A DNA stretch of 64,000 nt, from contig NC_042999.1 of assembly GCF_006345805.1 (NCBI RefSeq), positions 86,428,001-86,492,000 of the forward strand, in the 5' to 3' direction. Every line of letters starts with the position of its first letter. Position 1 is the stretch's first letter. The notes under the pieces were generated by a model that saw only the letters and a list, made by a program, of their open reading frames with translations, was not told where the DNA came from and searched no databases. The stretch comes from Octopus sinensis. Lineage: Eukaryota. The position numbers and the translations under genes were made by a program. Below, piece after piece: positions 63,966 through 64,000 of the stretch.

Positions 63966-64000
63966 TCTGTAGCACGTCAACACATGGAAGCACACGGTTG

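Overview
AT-rich, microsatellite-dense animal DNA. The SINE repertoire and overall style suggest an octopus or other coleoid cephalopod (inference). There is one clear host gene, an intronless FBXL14/Ppa-type F-box LRR gene (39938-41941, +). The rest is mobile DNA: several decayed mariner/Tc1 elements, hAT, pogo and piggyBac-type MITEs, a Helitron-like insert, CR1/L2-, R4- and RTE-type LINE relics, four SINE-like families and Penelope-like elements (PLEs). The most notable part is the (TA)n-embedded block at about 17.9-27.5 kb. It holds a 2.75-copy tandem array of a ~480-bp non-coding, highly self-complementary unit. Each unit carries a complete type I hammerhead ribozyme on the minus strand, with an unusually extended stem II and a possible built-in blocking helix, making it a retrozyme or circular-RNA candidate. 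Next to it, on the same strand, lies a Naiad-like PLE (RT C-terminus plus GIY-YIG) with a ~3-kb 3' UTR, an inverted ~1.05-kb pLTR and its own minimal hammerheads. Copies in this block differ mostly by single-base indels, so local sequence accuracy may be low. All alignments, folds and translations were done by eye, and family names come from recalled motifs rather than database searches.
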